DNA from: Candidatus Brocadiales bacterium
GTDB lineage: Bacteria; Planctomycetota; Brocadiia; Brocadiales; Bathyanammoxibiaceae
Length of the DNA: 31,824 nucleotides
NCBI GenBank assembly: GCA_030586765.1
Contig: JAUQZZ010000003.1
Location: 1-31,824 of the forward strand
Direction: 5' to 3'
The position numbers were made by a program, and so were the translations under genes. This document shows, piece after piece, positions 1-10,362 of the stretch; position 1 is the stretch's first letter; each line of letters opens with the position of its first letter. The notes beneath the pieces are model-generated. The model ran no database searches, was not told where the DNA came from, and saw nothing but the letters and a program-made list of their open reading frames with translations.

Positions 1-1378
1 ATTCAAGCCAGCCTGCGTTTTGCATGGATTTGTCATTGATTTTGAGAATTTTGTCCCCTGCCTTAAGCCTACTTTTCTGCGCTGGAGAGCCAGGAGACAC
101 TGCCTCAATAACAGGCCAGCCATCACTGTCCCACCAAATTTTTATTCCTGCAGGATCAAAGCCATAGGCTATCATTCCCAGGTCTTTGGATGGTTCTGCT
201 CCAGGGCCAGCAGCAGCAAATAGACCAGCGGGTTGCTCACCGATTGTGACTGTTAGGCCTTTAGTGGTGCCCTTGCGCAGGACGTTTATGTTTACCACCT
301 TCCCTACCTCGGTTTGGGCTATCATATTTCTCAGGTGATTTGCATCACTGACCTTCTTGCCCTCGTACTCCATGATTGCATCACCCCTTTGCATGCCTGC
401 CCTTTCTGCAGGGCTGTCAGGAGTAACATCCCTCGCCAGCACGCCTTTTGTGCCAGGCAGGCCGAAGGATTTAGCCAGGTCTTCTGTTACGTCCTGGATG
501 GCAACCCCTAGCCATCCCCTGGTAACCTTACCTTTTGCTATAAGGCTATTCATCACAGCTTTTGCCATGTTGACAGGGATGGCAAAGCCTATGCCCTGGT
601 ATCCACCTGTCCTGGTGAAGATGGCGGTATTGATACCAATGACCTCTCCCTTAAGGTTTACTAAGGGGCCACCGCTATTTCCCGGGTTGATAGCGGCATC
701 TGTTTGGATGAAGTCCTCGTAGTCGGCAATACCCACGTTTGCCCTGCCTGTAGCACTTATAATCCCTGCTGTGACAGTCTGGGTTAGGCCGAAGGGATTG
801 CCTATAGCTATGGCCCAATCTCCAATCTTGATTTCATCAGAATTCCCAAGCTTTGCTACGGGCAATTTTTCTGCCTCAATCTTTATCACCGCTACATCCG
901 TGGGTGGGTCCGCCCCAATAACCGTTGCTTTAAATTCCTTTTTTTCTCCAAGGGTGACGGCAATCTCGTCAGCTCCCTCTACTACATGGTTATTAGTGAG
1001 GATGTAACCCCTTTCGTCCACTATTACCCCTGAACCAAAGCCCTGCTGCCTGAATTCTTTGGGCACCCGGCCGCGAAAGAAGCGGTCAAAAAACTCATCT
1101 CCAAAGGGAAATTCTCCGGAGGGAGGGTGGAACCTCTCAAACTCCTCGGTTTTTAAGACCTTTGTTGCCTTTACATGGACTACCGACGGTTTTACGTACT
1201 CAGATACCTCATTAAAGAGTTTCGCAAAGATCTGGGCGCTCTCCTGTAGTTTCTGTAACTCTGCAGAGGTGTCTGCTGCTGGAGAAGGCCTTGCTCCGCT
1301 CATGTACAAGCCAAAAGAGACAGCCACTAGAAGCGCCGTCCCTATTAGTAATTTCAACCCCTTTAAATCTCTGCCCAT
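1..1378 (-). CDS. htrA: HtrA/DegP-family periplasmic serine endoprotease (C-terminal end runs off the left window edge)
   Basis: Absent from the ORF track because there is no stop in the window. My own translation from ATG 1378 (SD GAGGAG at 1385-1390) gives MGRDLKGLKLLIGTALLVAVSF, which looks like a signal peptide. This is followed by trypsin-fold triad contexts ILTNNHVV, TDVAVIKI and INPGNSGGPLVN, and by two PDZ-like segments (RGWLGVAIQD..., IEAVSPGSPAQKSRLKAGDKIL). Confidence 0.85.
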   Translation of the reverse strand, partial: MGRDLKGLKLLIGTALLVAVSFGLYMSGARPSPAADTSAELQKLQESAQIFAKLFNEVSEYVKPSVVHVKATKVLKTEEFERFHPPSGEFPFGDEFFDRFFRGRVPKEFRQQGFGSGVIVDERGYILTNNHVVEGADEIAVTLGEKKEFKATVIGADPPTDVAVIKIEAEKLPVAKLGNSDEIKIGDWAIAIGNPFGLTQTVTAGIISATGRANVGIADYEDFIQTDAAINPGNSGGPLVNLKGEVIGINTAIFTRTGGYQGIGFAIPVNMAKAVMNSLIAKGKVTRGWLGVAIQDVTEDLAKSFGLPGTKGVLARDVTPDSPAERAGMQRGDAIMEYEGKKVSDANHLRNMIAQTEVGKVVNINVLRKGTTKGLTVTIGEQPAGLFAAAGPGAEPSKDLGMIAYGFDPAGIKIWWDSDGWPVIEAVSPGSPAQKSRLKAGDKILKINDKSMQNAGWLE

Positions 1379-1455
1379 GGTTTTCTCCTCAAAGGTTTTT
1401 CAGATTGTCCTTAAAACATATCTTAGCAAATATTCTTTCTATTGTATAGGGTAAA

Positions 1456-2085
1456 TCAAAGAGGGGTCTTTCTCCCCTCCAGTATCTCTTTGACCTTCAT
1501 AAGCCTTGATATGTGGAAGCGCTCCATTTCGTCCAGTTTTGCCTTGATAAATTTTATGGATTCCTTTAGCTCAGGGATGAGGACATGTTCTAAGGCGTTT
1601 ACCCTTCGGCGTGTCTCTTCTACCTCTTTGGCTAAAAGCCTCACTGCGTGCTCCAGTTCTGCTAGCTTAAGGACCCTGGGGAGATAGCCCCTTAGTCTTA
1701 TAATAGCTGTGTCGAGCTCACCAGGGGTATCTAAGAGGCTGTAAGAGGGTTCTGGTAGGGGCGATGCCTCAAGGCTTGTTAATAGGACATTTAGTATCCT
1801 CCAGTGTCTGGGTTTGAGTTCCAGTATGCCTCTGGATTGCCCTATAGCAGTAGCTACTGCCCCTCTTGGTGAAGTCAAGCCAGCGAGGGCGAAGGGCCTG
1901 AGGAGCTCAGGGAGCTCTCTATCCAAAGATGTACGCAAATCTTTATATTCTGTAGAGATATGCAAGAATTCCTTGACAAGACCGTCTAGTTTATCCTTAA
2001 GCATCTTGTGTCCTCTTAGGGCCAGGGCATATCTCCTCCTGAGTCTGAGGAGTTCCATCCTGTTGGGATTGACCTTTAGTCTCAC
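1456..2085 (-). CDS. atpD: A/V-type ATP synthase subunit D (central stalk)
   Basis: 209-aa ORF with a GTG start that overlaps the atpB stop (GTGA). The N-terminus [35 protein letters not shown] is typical of V-type D subunits, and the gene is last in the ATPase operon. Confidence 0.9.
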   Translation of the reverse strand: MRLKVNPNRMELLRLRRRYALALRGHKMLKDKLDGLVKEFLHISTEYKDLRTSLDRELPELLRPFALAGLTSPRGAVATAIGQSRGILELKPRHWRILNVLLTSLEASPLPEPSYSLLDTPGELDTAIIRLRGYLPRVLKLAELEHAVRLLAKEVEETRRRVNALEHVLIPELKESIKFIKAKLDEMERFHISRLMKVKEILEGRKTPL

Positions 2086-3464
2086 TCTTTTGTCTCCTTG
2101 TGATACTTTTCCAGGTATTCTGGCCTAATCCTCTTAAGTTCTCTCCTGGGTAAGCGCCCAAGGAGTTTCCAACCCAGGTTAAGGGTTTCCTCTATACCCC
2201 TATCTTCTTCCTCCCCCTGCTGTATGAACTCCTTATCGAGACGCTCAGAAAAATCCATGAAAAGTCGGTCTAAAGGGGTGAGGGACCCCTCTCCAAGGAT
2301 GAGGGCCAGTTCCTTAGCCGCCTTACCCCTGGCGTAGGCCGCATAGAGTTGGTTGGAGATGTCGGCGTGGTCCTCCCTGGTCCTGTCTTTACCTATTCCC
2401 TTGTCTTTAAGACGAGAGAGGCAGGGGAGGATATCCACTGGGGGATAGACCCCTTGTAGGTGTAAGGTCCTACTGAGGATTATCTGCCCCTCAGTAATAT
2501 ATCCAGTGAGGTCTGGCACAGGGTGGGTCTTATCATCCTCTGGCATAGTGAGGATGGGTATCTGTGTAATAGAACCCTTTTTGCCCTTTATACGGCCTGC
2601 CCTCTCGTATATAGTGGCCAGGTCTGTGTAGAGGTAGCCAGGATAACCCCTCCTGCCGGGCACCTCCTTTCTGGCAGCCGAGACCTCCCTCAGGGCCTCA
2701 CTGTAATTTGTCATGTCCGTGAGGATTACCAGTACATGCATATCCAGTTCATAAGCCAGGTACTCTGCAGTGGTCAGGGCCATCTTGGGAACAGCCAGGC
2801 GTTCTATAGGAGGGTCTTCTGCCAGGTTTATAAAGATTACAGACCTTTCCAGGGCACCGGTCCTGTTAAAGTCGGTGATAAAATAGTTGGCCTCCTCAAA
2901 GGTAATTCCCATGGCAGCGAAGACTACAGCGAAGGCCTCCTCAGAGCCTGGGACCTTGGCCTGTCTAGCAATCTGAGAGGCTAGTCTGGCGTGAGGCAGG
3001 CCAGAGCAGGAAAAGATGGGCAGTTTCTGCCCCCTTACCAGGGTATTCAGCCCATCTATGGAAGAGATCCCAGTCTGTATAAATTCCCTGGGATAATCCC
3101 TGGCGTAGGGATTTATAGGGTTACCATTTACGTTTAGTCTCTTTTCAGGAATTATGCGGGGACCTTCATCGATAGTGCGGCCAGCCCCGTCGAAGACCCT
3201 TCCCAGGATATCAGGAGAGACCCCAATCTCTAGTCCCTTACCCAAGAACTTTACCCTGACGTTATCCCTTCCTATTCCCAGGGTACCTTCAAAGACCTGT
3301 ACTAAGGCCCTGTCGCCAGCAATTTCCAGCACCCGCCCTCTACGGGTCTGTCCATCAGAGAGTTTCACCTCGGCGAGTTCCCCATAGGTAACCTCTTCTA
3401 CTTGCTCCACAAGCATGAGAGGGCCGAAGATATCCTTTACTGTTAGATATTCCTTAGAGGTCAA
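2082..3464 (-). CDS. atpB: A/V-type ATP synthase subunit B (non-catalytic)
   Basis: 460-aa ORF with a TTG start preceded by a GGAGGG SD. Begins [20 protein letters not shown] and contains [11 protein letters not shown] in place of a P-loop. Length and position after subunit A fit V-type B. Confidence 0.95.
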   Translation of the reverse strand: MTSKEYLTVKDIFGPLMLVEQVEEVTYGELAEVKLSDGQTRRGRVLEIAGDRALVQVFEGTLGIGRDNVRVKFLGKGLEIGVSPDILGRVFDGAGRTIDEGPRIIPEKRLNVNGNPINPYARDYPREFIQTGISSIDGLNTLVRGQKLPIFSCSGLPHARLASQIARQAKVPGSEEAFAVVFAAMGITFEEANYFITDFNRTGALERSVIFINLAEDPPIERLAVPKMALTTAEYLAYELDMHVLVILTDMTNYSEALREVSAARKEVPGRRGYPGYLYTDLATIYERAGRIKGKKGSITQIPILTMPEDDKTHPVPDLTGYITEGQIILSRTLHLQGVYPPVDILPCLSRLKDKGIGKDRTREDHADISNQLYAAYARGKAAKELALILGEGSLTPLDRLFMDFSERLDKEFIQQGEEEDRGIEETLNLGWKLLGRLPRRELKRIRPEYLEKYHKETKE

Positions 3465-5223
3465 CTTTGCTTCCCTCCCTCAGGGCCCCTATCTGCTGTT
3501 GGATACCCTGTTCTACCTGCCTGAATGCCTCTCTGTCTCCCTCAGGGACAAATCTCAGTCTGGAGATGTCGTCTTTCGCTGGGATTTCTATTATCTTAGA
3601 TAGGTCTATACCCTTTTGAAGGGCCTCCTGTGCCTCGGAATAGAATCTTAGTATGGCATTTAACATATAATACTGGTTTTCCAGAGAAGTGTAGGTGTCC
3701 ACCTCATGGTAGGCGTTCTGGTGGAGGAAGTCTTCCCTTATTATCTTTGCCACCTCCATAAGGAGTTTATCCTCTGGGGATAGGGCCTCTATACCTATGA
3801 GCCTCACCAGCTCCTCAAGTTCTGCCTCCTTTTGGAGTATCCTTAAGGTCTCCTTACGGTTTTCACCCCAGCCTGGAGCTATCTTCTCTCTAGCGAAGCC
3901 ATCTACTATATTCTGGTAGAGGGAGTAGCTGGTAAGCCAGTTGATAGCAGGGAAGTGCCTTTGAGAGGCGAGCCTATCGTCCAGGGACCAAAAGACCTTT
4001 GCTACCCTGAGGGTGGCCTGGGTTACTGGTTCTGAGAGGTCTCCCCCTGGGGGAGAAACAGAGCCTATAACGCTGAGGTTTCCCTCTTGCAGCTCTGTTC
4101 CCAGGCAGATTACTGCACCGGCCCTTTCATAGAAACTAGCCAGTCTGCTGCCAAGATACGTGGGGAATCCTTCCTCCCCAGGCATCTCCTCCAATCTCCC
4201 TGAGATTTCTCTCATGGCCTCTGCCCATCTGGAAGTGGAATCTGCCATGAGGGCTACGCTGTAACCCATGTCTCTATAGTATTCGGCAATGGTTATACCT
4301 GTGAAAATAGAGGCCTCTCGAGCGGCCACAGGCATATTAGAGGTATTGGCCACTAGAACAGTGCGCTCCATAAGGGGCCTTCCTGTCCTGGGGTCCTTTA
4401 ATTCAGGGAAGGATAATAGTACATCAGCCATCTCGTTTCCCCGCTCACCACAGCCAACGAAAAGGACGATGTCAGCATTGGACCACTTGGCCAGCTGGTG
4501 CTGTACAACGGTCTTTCCGCTGCCAAAGGGGCCGGGAACACAGGAGGTGCCCCCCTTTACCATGGGGAAGAGGGTATCTATCACCCTTTGTCCCGTTACA
4601 AGGGGTTCCTTGGGTTGAACCTTGCGTGTTACCCCCCTGGGTCTCCTGACAGGCCATTTTTGGAGCATCTTTATCCCTGCTATCCCCACGGTTGTTTCTA
4701 CTTCTGCAATGGTATTTTCTATGGTGGCTTCCCTTTCTACTATGGTCTTGATTGTGCCTTCTACCCCGGGAGGGACCATCACCTTATGTTCCACCAGGGC
4801 CGATTCCTTGACTACGCCAAGGATGTCACCCCCTACCACTTTATCCCCTGCCTTTAGCCTGGGCAGGAAGTGCCAAAGTTTGGTCCTGGAAAGGGGGGGA
4901 TACTCTGCACCTCTTGCAATATAAGGGCCTAGCTGGGAGTTTATAACATCTAAGGGTCTCTGGATGCCGTCGAAGATGGAACCAATGAGCCCTGGACCCA
5001 ACTCCACACTAAGGGGCTCACCTGTGGGATAGACAGGCTGGCCTGGGCCAATACCCTCCGTCTCCTCATAGACCTGGATAGAATAGTTATCTGTCCTTAT
5101 CTCAACGACCTCTCCCAGAAGCCTTTGCCTCCCCACCCTGACTATATCATAGATATTGGTTCCTGCCAGTCCCCTGGCCACCACTAAGGGTCCTGAAACT
5201 CTTACTATAATTCCTTCTGCCAC
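3454..5223 (-). CDS. atpA: A/V-type ATP synthase catalytic subunit A
   Basis: 589-aa ORF with a GTG start and a GGGAGG SD. Carries Walker [10 protein letters not shown] and the non-homologous insertion region characteristic of A/V-type A subunits. No intein-like interruption. Confidence 0.95.
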   Translation of the reverse strand: MAEGIIVRVSGPLVVARGLAGTNIYDIVRVGRQRLLGEVVEIRTDNYSIQVYEETEGIGPGQPVYPTGEPLSVELGPGLIGSIFDGIQRPLDVINSQLGPYIARGAEYPPLSRTKLWHFLPRLKAGDKVVGGDILGVVKESALVEHKVMVPPGVEGTIKTIVEREATIENTIAEVETTVGIAGIKMLQKWPVRRPRGVTRKVQPKEPLVTGQRVIDTLFPMVKGGTSCVPGPFGSGKTVVQHQLAKWSNADIVLFVGCGERGNEMADVLLSFPELKDPRTGRPLMERTVLVANTSNMPVAAREASIFTGITIAEYYRDMGYSVALMADSTSRWAEAMREISGRLEEMPGEEGFPTYLGSRLASFYERAGAVICLGTELQEGNLSVIGSVSPPGGDLSEPVTQATLRVAKVFWSLDDRLASQRHFPAINWLTSYSLYQNIVDGFAREKIAPGWGENRKETLRILQKEAELEELVRLIGIEALSPEDKLLMEVAKIIREDFLHQNAYHEVDTYTSLENQYYMLNAILRFYSEAQEALQKGIDLSKIIEIPAKDDISRLRFVPEGDREAFRQVEQGIQQQIGALREGSKVDL

Positions 5224-5546
5224 CCTTGGCCTCCCTGGAGTATGTCTATCCCTACTGCCCTCTTTATCATACTGCTTGTCTCAAGGATGCTGGTACCGTA
5301 ACTACCAAAATGAGAAGGTAGGACAAGGATAGGGACCCTGGCCTTGCTTCTGGAAGCAGCGATAATATCCAGAGAACCCCTTGCGATGTCTTCGCTAACT
5401 ATTATCAGGAACACCTGGGGGACCTGAATGGTCTTGTTTAAGGCCCTTTCGAGTTCGCTACGAGACCCCGCAATTTCAAGCCCCAGGCCCAAGGCCCTGA
5501 AGGGCAGTATCTTATCTTCCTCTCCAATAACCACTGCATTATACAT
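5205..5546 (-). CDS. atpF: A/V-type ATP synthase subunit F
   Basis: The ORF-track frame is 5205..5576. I prefer the internal ATG at 5546 (MYNAVVIGEEDKILPFRALGL...), which gives 113 aa, an AGGA SD 6 nt upstream and only an 8-nt overlap with atpC. Start at 5576 remains possible. Confidence 0.75.
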   Translation of the reverse strand: MYNAVVIGEEDKILPFRALGLGLEIAGSRSELERALNKTIQVPQVFLIIVSEDIARGSLDIIAASRSKARVPILVLPSHFGSYGTSILETSSMIKRAVGIDILQGGQGWQKEL

Positions 5547-6519
5547 AGGTCTTCCTGAGCCTTTCTCTAAGAGCATCTTTGCCTAACTTATTTAATACAC
5601 CTCCCAGGGTCAGCCTCAGGTTGAAGACCTCGGTGGTAAGCCCTGAGAGGTAGCCAAAGACCCTCTCAGGCCCAAAGGTCACGTAACGGGCCGGCTCTAA
5701 CCTGTCCATTAAATAATCCTCTGTATGTCTTTCATACCGTGTAAAGAGGTCTTTCTTAGCACCCGCAAAGATGTTCTCTACTGTCTTTTCTGGTAAGGTC
5801 TCTAGTATTGGTCTTTTCCATTCCTCCAGGGGAAGAGGTGCAAGGCGCTCTAGAATCTCTTCCCTGGGGAGGAACCGCATTATATCTCTCTTGGCTAACT
5901 TCAGGGCCCTGCCTAGAATCAGGATACCTCTCAATCTCTGGTATTCTAGGAGGTAATCTTTTATGAGAAAAGAACTAATTTTCTCTGCTACCCAGGCAAG
6001 AGAAGAAAGATAAGCCCCGTCAAGGATTAGGTCCACCAGGCTAACATCTTCTGTCGCTTCTTTTATATACACTCTCAAGGTAGCTACCGCCTCCTTATAG
6101 ACCTGAGGTAGGGATGTGTCTCTACCTAACCAGAGCTCTTCTAGGGTTTTCTCCCCCATGGGGCTTGGAAAGGGGGCTGGAGGGCTTATCCCAGCAATCT
6201 TTTTTTTAAGGAAGTTCTTGAGGTTTATGAGGTCGAATCTGAGCTGAAAGAGGTCGCAGACCTCAGGGGAGGGTGCCAGTTGTCTGAGCTCCCACAGATG
6301 ATGGAAATAGTGGAGGTTTATTATATCCTCGAAAGGATAGAGGTCCTGGATGGTGTTAAAATGTTCCCTCAGGGGAGACTCCCTGAGACAAACTAGCAGG
6401 TCTTCTGGCTTCTCTGAGGCAAGGAGCCTGTGAAAAAAGTCTTTTCTGAGGAGGTTATTCTCAAGGACACTAACCTTTCCTGAGATGAAGCACCACTGCT
6501 CCGGGGCGCTCTTTTCCAT
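5539..6519 (-). CDS. atpC: A/V-type ATP synthase subunit C (d-type rotor socket)
   Basis: 326-aa ORF in the canonical position between E and F. Helical and Leu-rich, with the length typical of V-type C. The call rests mainly on operon position and size. Confidence 0.8.
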   Translation of the reverse strand: MEKSAPEQWCFISGKVSVLENNLLRKDFFHRLLASEKPEDLLVCLRESPLREHFNTIQDLYPFEDIINLHYFHHLWELRQLAPSPEVCDLFQLRFDLINLKNFLKKKIAGISPPAPFPSPMGEKTLEELWLGRDTSLPQVYKEAVATLRVYIKEATEDVSLVDLILDGAYLSSLAWVAEKISSFLIKDYLLEYQRLRGILILGRALKLAKRDIMRFLPREEILERLAPLPLEEWKRPILETLPEKTVENIFAGAKKDLFTRYERHTEDYLMDRLEPARYVTFGPERVFGYLSGLTTEVFNLRLTLGGVLNKLGKDALRERLRKTYV

Positions 6520-6525
6520 ATCTCG

Positions 6526-7110
6526 TTAGCCGAAGAGCTGCGCTGCTACAAATGGGGTGCACTCTTCGCGGAGATGGCTGAGGAGGGCGTCCAGGCTACG
6601 GTCTATCTCAAAATTCTTCGTTCTCAAGATAAACCCACCCTTTATATCCGCGGGAGAGTGGGATAGTAAGAGTAATTCTTTCTTCGCAGATTCATTTATT
6701 CTTCTCACAAGCCCTGGGCCTACCTTCCTCAGGTCTCTATCACACAGCTTCAATTCTGACTTCTCAGGGATTTCCGTCTTTTTCAGCCATCCTTCCAGGA
6801 GTGCCATGGAGTCTTGTTCAGGGAGGGAGAGGATATGTTCCAGGGCATCTTGAAAGACAGCATCAATTATCTTGTTCTTCAGCCGAAGTAACTCCATATT
6901 GTAGTGGGCCTGGAGACGGAAGAGGGACCTCTCTTTTTCTCTTTGGAGCTCCCCTTCCAGGGTCTCCAGTCTCTTCTGAACCTCTTTCTGTAGAGAAGCC
7001 CTTATCCTGGAGATTTTTAGTTCAAGGTCTTCCTGGGAGGCCTTGAGCAACCTCTCGGCCTCCCTGCGGGCATCTTCAAGGATATGGGTCTTTATCTTCT
7101 CTAAAGGCAC
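6526..7110 (-). CDS. atpE: A/V-type ATP synthase subunit E (peripheral stalk)
   Basis: 194-aa ORF with a GTG start. It has a long charged N-terminal coiled coil (ILEDARREAERLLKASQEDLELKISR...) and a globular C-terminus, which is the pattern of V-type E. Confidence 0.8.
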   Translation of the reverse strand: MPLEKIKTHILEDARREAERLLKASQEDLELKISRIRASLQKEVQKRLETLEGELQREKERSLFRLQAHYNMELLRLKNKIIDAVFQDALEHILSLPEQDSMALLEGWLKKTEIPEKSELKLCDRDLRKVGPGLVRRINESAKKELLLLSHSPADIKGGFILRTKNFEIDRSLDALLSHLREECTPFVAAQLFG

Positions 7111-7132
7111 GGCTTGTTCGTATCCTCACCAG

Positions 7133-7651
7133 CTAGGATATAGTGAGGCCCCCGGGTTTTGTAAGCCACATGACCATGAGGATGGCAGCAAGCAGGGCCA
7201 CCACTGCATAGGTCTCTATTAGGGCTGGTATGAGGATGGCCCTTCCGCTTTCTTCTGGTCTCTTTGCCGTCAAGTTAATAGCTGCGGCTGCGGCCTCACC
7301 CTGGGATATAGCGCTCCTCCACAGGACTATACCCATGGAGAGGCCTGTAAAGAAAAGCCCCATTCCGTTTATAGGAGGCACATGGATGACTCCCTCTATC
7401 AGCCCGATCCTCATTGCTATAGTTACTGCACAGATGAAGCCATAGAACCCCTGGGTTCCAGGCATAGCCATAAGGATGAGGAGTCTTCCAAAGAGCTCTG
7501 GTTTCTCTGAGAGCACCCCTGCTGCCTGGGACGCTGCTATCCTTATGCCCCTGGCTGAGCCTATACCACCAAACATTACTGCAAGCAAGGCCCCTGTACC
7601 TGCCCAACCCAGGCCTGTTTGTATGAAGTGTACCCTTAGAAACTCTTCCAT
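7133..7651 (-). CDS. atpK: A/V-type ATP synthase proteolipid subunit K, duplicated four-helix form
   Basis: 172-aa ORF with two hairpin repeats, GIGSARGIRIAASQ...MPGTQGFYGF and WRSAISQGEAAAAA...PALIETYAVVALL. Only the second hairpin carries the ion-binding Glu. Confidence 0.9.
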   Translation of the reverse strand: MEEFLRVHFIQTGLGWAGTGALLAVMFGGIGSARGIRIAASQAAGVLSEKPELFGRLLILMAMPGTQGFYGFICAVTIAMRIGLIEGVIHVPPINGMGLFFTGLSMGIVLWRSAISQGEAAAAAINLTAKRPEESGRAILIPALIETYAVVALLAAILMVMWLTKPGGLTIS

Positions 7652-7664
7652 TGCTTTAGAACCC

Positions 7665-9668
7665 TTAAGGTCTGATTAACTGGACCCTCTGCGATTGGAA
7701 ACCAAAAGGCTTAAAGCGTACTGCTCCAGCTTCGTAGAACCTACTAAAGAATTCCAAGAATATAAGCCTTGCCGGGTGTACAAAGGAGCCGATGATGCTT
7801 ATGAAGAAATTCAATAAATGGCCAAATACCAGGACCAGGATGAAGAATATTATCCCTGCCGAGCCTACCAGGCTGGCTATAATGTTAAAGGACATGGCTA
7901 TTATGGAGGTAGTAAGCCCCAGGGCCAGGAGCCTGGAATAGGATATTACATCGCTTATAAAGGAGGTGCACCCATAGGTGCCAAGGATACCATATATGCT
8001 TACTAACCCTGTTATGAGCTTTAATACCAGGCCCTCTTCCCTGCGACCCTGACTGAGGAAGAGCCCCACTGTCCCGAAGATGAGCAAGACCTTACCCACC
8101 TTTATCACTCCAGGGGGTAGAGGGATAAAGATGGAACTGACTACTAGAACCAGACCAGTTAGGAAGATGAGCCAGAGTCCTCCATCCAGTAGGGCGTCAA
8201 AGGGCCTCCCAAGTCTGAACTCTCTATACATTCTTAAGGCCAGGGCATAGAATTGGTTAAGTATACCAAGCCCTAATACAAAGGCTAGGGAGAGCATTAT
8301 GTTGGAAAGGGGGTCTACGAGGCATGTAGCCTCCTTCAGGCGGAGGAGGAGATTTCCTTCCCCTAGATACTTAGGGTCGTAGAGGTCGCCTGCCCACCCC
8401 CCTGTCAGGGCACCGCATACGGCGGTGCTTACCCCAGCGTAGAGGAATAGTTTGAAGAAATTTCTGAGGTTTGGGTGCGTCCTGAATCGCCGCATCAACC
8501 CATAAGAAAGGCCCATGAGGCATAGCCCGTATATGGCGTCACTAAAACAGAGGCCAAAGAAGAACAAGAAGTTGAGGATGATATAGGGTGTTGGGTCAAA
8601 GGCAAAGTAATTCGGGAGGCCAAACATGTTTACCAGGAACTGGGCAGGACGGAAGAAGGGGCCAAGAGATAGGGATACAGGGACATTCTCCTCGGGGGTG
8701 GGGTCTTCATAAAGGCTTGTGGTCTGGAAAAACTCCCTCTGGAGTTCATTCTCTAATCTGGGTATGTCCTTTACCCTTATGTAGCCAGAGACCAGGGCAA
8801 GCCTCTTGGAGGAGGCAAAGTTGGCCTCCAGGCTAAGCCTGTTCCGCTCGCTCTCCCAGTACCCAAGGAGGATTTCCACTGTCTGGTAGTAGTTCGTCAG
8901 TTGCGACAGGGTCTGGCGCAGTGCCTCCTGAATCTCCAGTAAAGACCTTCTTTGGGACTCCAGGGCTGCCACCCTTTCTTCCGCACTTCCAGAGAGTTGG
9001 GGTATTGTAAGTTCCTTAAAATTGTAGGAGTTAAGAAGTGCCAGGACCTTTTCTTTATCCTTAGGCAGATAGCCCAGGATGGCCCTTTGCTGTCTTTTGT
9101 TGGGGGAGGGTATGACCTGCCATGCAAAGAGTTCGTGGGCCTTGGGGTCCAGGGAGAACCTGTCCCAGGCCTCTTGAGGGAAGAGCCCTAATTTTAAAAA
9201 GACCTTCTTCACGGCTCTCAGCTCATCAAAAGACCAGGGTAGACCTAATAGGTCTTGAAGGGATTCTAGCTCCTGTTCGATGTCCCGCAACCTGGCTTCG
9301 TTGGCCCTCTGCTCTGAGCTGAGGGTCTTACAGTTTTCGTAGAAAGGCTCTATTTCTAGGGAGGAAAGGGCCTTTTCTAGTCCCTCCTCTGTTATCTGAA
9401 TGGGGACAGGGAAAAAGCCGTCTATAAAAGACCTATTTCTTTGAAGGAAAGGCTCCAGGGTGGAGGCAATAAATTCCAGTTTTTGAATCTTGTCCTCTGC
9501 CTCTTGTGCTGTTCCTCTGAACCTCCTCAGCAGCTTGGAAGCTGTAGGAAAATAGGAGAAGGTGTCCACTACATGGATAATACCCATCTGATAAAGCCTG
9601 TTTACGAGGGAAGCGCTGTCACGGACTGGCACTAGTAGGTTTATCCTCTTTACCTTCTCAATAGCCAT
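7665..9668 (-). CDS. atpI: A/V-type ATP synthase subunit I (a-type stator)
   Basis: 667-aa ORF with a soluble N-terminal half containing coiled-coil segments and a polytopic hydrophobic C-terminal half. Its ATG lies 1 nt after the upstream gene's TGA. Confidence 0.9.
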   Translation of the reverse strand: MAIEKVKRINLLVPVRDSASLVNRLYQMGIIHVVDTFSYFPTASKLLRRFRGTAQEAEDKIQKLEFIASTLEPFLQRNRSFIDGFFPVPIQITEEGLEKALSSLEIEPFYENCKTLSSEQRANEARLRDIEQELESLQDLLGLPWSFDELRAVKKVFLKLGLFPQEAWDRFSLDPKAHELFAWQVIPSPNKRQQRAILGYLPKDKEKVLALLNSYNFKELTIPQLSGSAEERVAALESQRRSLLEIQEALRQTLSQLTNYYQTVEILLGYWESERNRLSLEANFASSKRLALVSGYIRVKDIPRLENELQREFFQTTSLYEDPTPEENVPVSLSLGPFFRPAQFLVNMFGLPNYFAFDPTPYIILNFLFFFGLCFSDAIYGLCLMGLSYGLMRRFRTHPNLRNFFKLFLYAGVSTAVCGALTGGWAGDLYDPKYLGEGNLLLRLKEATCLVDPLSNIMLSLAFVLGLGILNQFYALALRMYREFRLGRPFDALLDGGLWLIFLTGLVLVVSSIFIPLPPGVIKVGKVLLIFGTVGLFLSQGRREEGLVLKLITGLVSIYGILGTYGCTSFISDVISYSRLLALGLTTSIIAMSFNIIASLVGSAGIIFFILVLVFGHLLNFFISIIGSFVHPARLIFLEFFSRFYEAGAVRFKPFGFQSQRVQLIRP

Positions 9669-9669
9669 C

Positions 9670-9984
9670 TCAGGACTCGTATATCTTTTTTACTATGAAC
9701 TCCACAACTTCCTCTAGTTTTTTCCTATCCAGCTGTTTAGTGTGGGCCTGGGCCTTCTCAAACTCCTCTTTGCGTTTGTATTCCTCTTTCTGCCTCTGGG
9801 ACTGGATATGTAGTTGTAAGTCCCTTGCCCTGAGCTCGAATTCCTTTTCCGATTCTCTTTTCAGGCGGGCGATCTCTTCCTCTGCCTGGGCCTCCAGCTC
9901 TTTTGCCTTCCTTTTGGCCTCTTCAATTATTCCATCGGCCTGTTTCTCTAGCTTTGATATCTCCTGGACAAGGTCTACCTCCAC
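9670..9984 (-). CDS. Small coiled-coil stalk subunit of the A/V-ATPase (G/H-like)
   Basis: 104-aa, almost entirely E/K/R/Q-rich helical ORF with a GTG start and a GGGAGG SD 6 nt upstream. It sits immediately 5' of subunit I, as in H-I-K-E-C-F-A-B-D operons. Assignment is by position and composition only. Confidence 0.6.
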   Translation of the reverse strand: MEVDLVQEISKLEKQADGIIEEAKRKAKELEAQAEEEIARLKRESEKEFELRARDLQLHIQSQRQKEEYKRKEEFEKAQAHTKQLDRKKLEEVVEFIVKKIYES

Positions 9985-10003
9985 AATGGCCCTCCCAGCA
10001 GGT

Positions 10004-10312
10004 CTATTTCTTCAGGGGTTTTCCCAGCTCTTTTTCTATGGATTTAACCTTATCGCCGATATGGACGCGTATATCTTTTCGGTCATCTATGGTAATCATA
10101 GTAGTCACCCTGTCGTTGGTCTCAAGCATCTTGTCATGGCATTTCTTTATGAGCCCCATTACGGTGTTCCAGTCTCCCTCCACAGTGGTGCACATATCGT
10201 TTACTTGATAATTTGCCCCGCTTTCAACCAATGGTTTTAGTGCCTTTGCCAGTGCGCTGTGGAGATGGACACTCTTGCCTCCTATAGGAACCATTCTGAA
10301 ATCGGCAATCAT
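10004..10312 (-). CDS. MTH1187/YkoF-family (DUF77) small ligand-binding protein
   Basis: 102-aa ORF, MIADFRMVPIGG...TMITIDDRKDIRVHIGDKVKSIEKEL. The ferredoxin-like pattern and the IDDR.D...DKV.S.EK tail match the MTH1187 family as I remember it. Strong SD GAGGAGGGG. Confidence 0.75.
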   Translation of the reverse strand: MIADFRMVPIGGKSVHLHSALAKALKPLVESGANYQVNDMCTTVEGDWNTVMGLIKKCHDKMLETNDRVTTMITIDDRKDIRVHIGDKVKSIEKELGKPLKK

Positions 10313-10362
10313 CTTAACCCCTCCTCAGATATTTGATTAACTATAGATTATCACCAGGTGGA

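Noticed and set aside
9695-10240. 181-aa plus-strand ORF spanning the G/H-like and MTH1187-family genes
   Set aside because: It is the mirror image of an E/K-rich coiled-coil gene, giving a Ser/Leu/Phe-rich product. It crosses an intergenic SD region and has no independent support.
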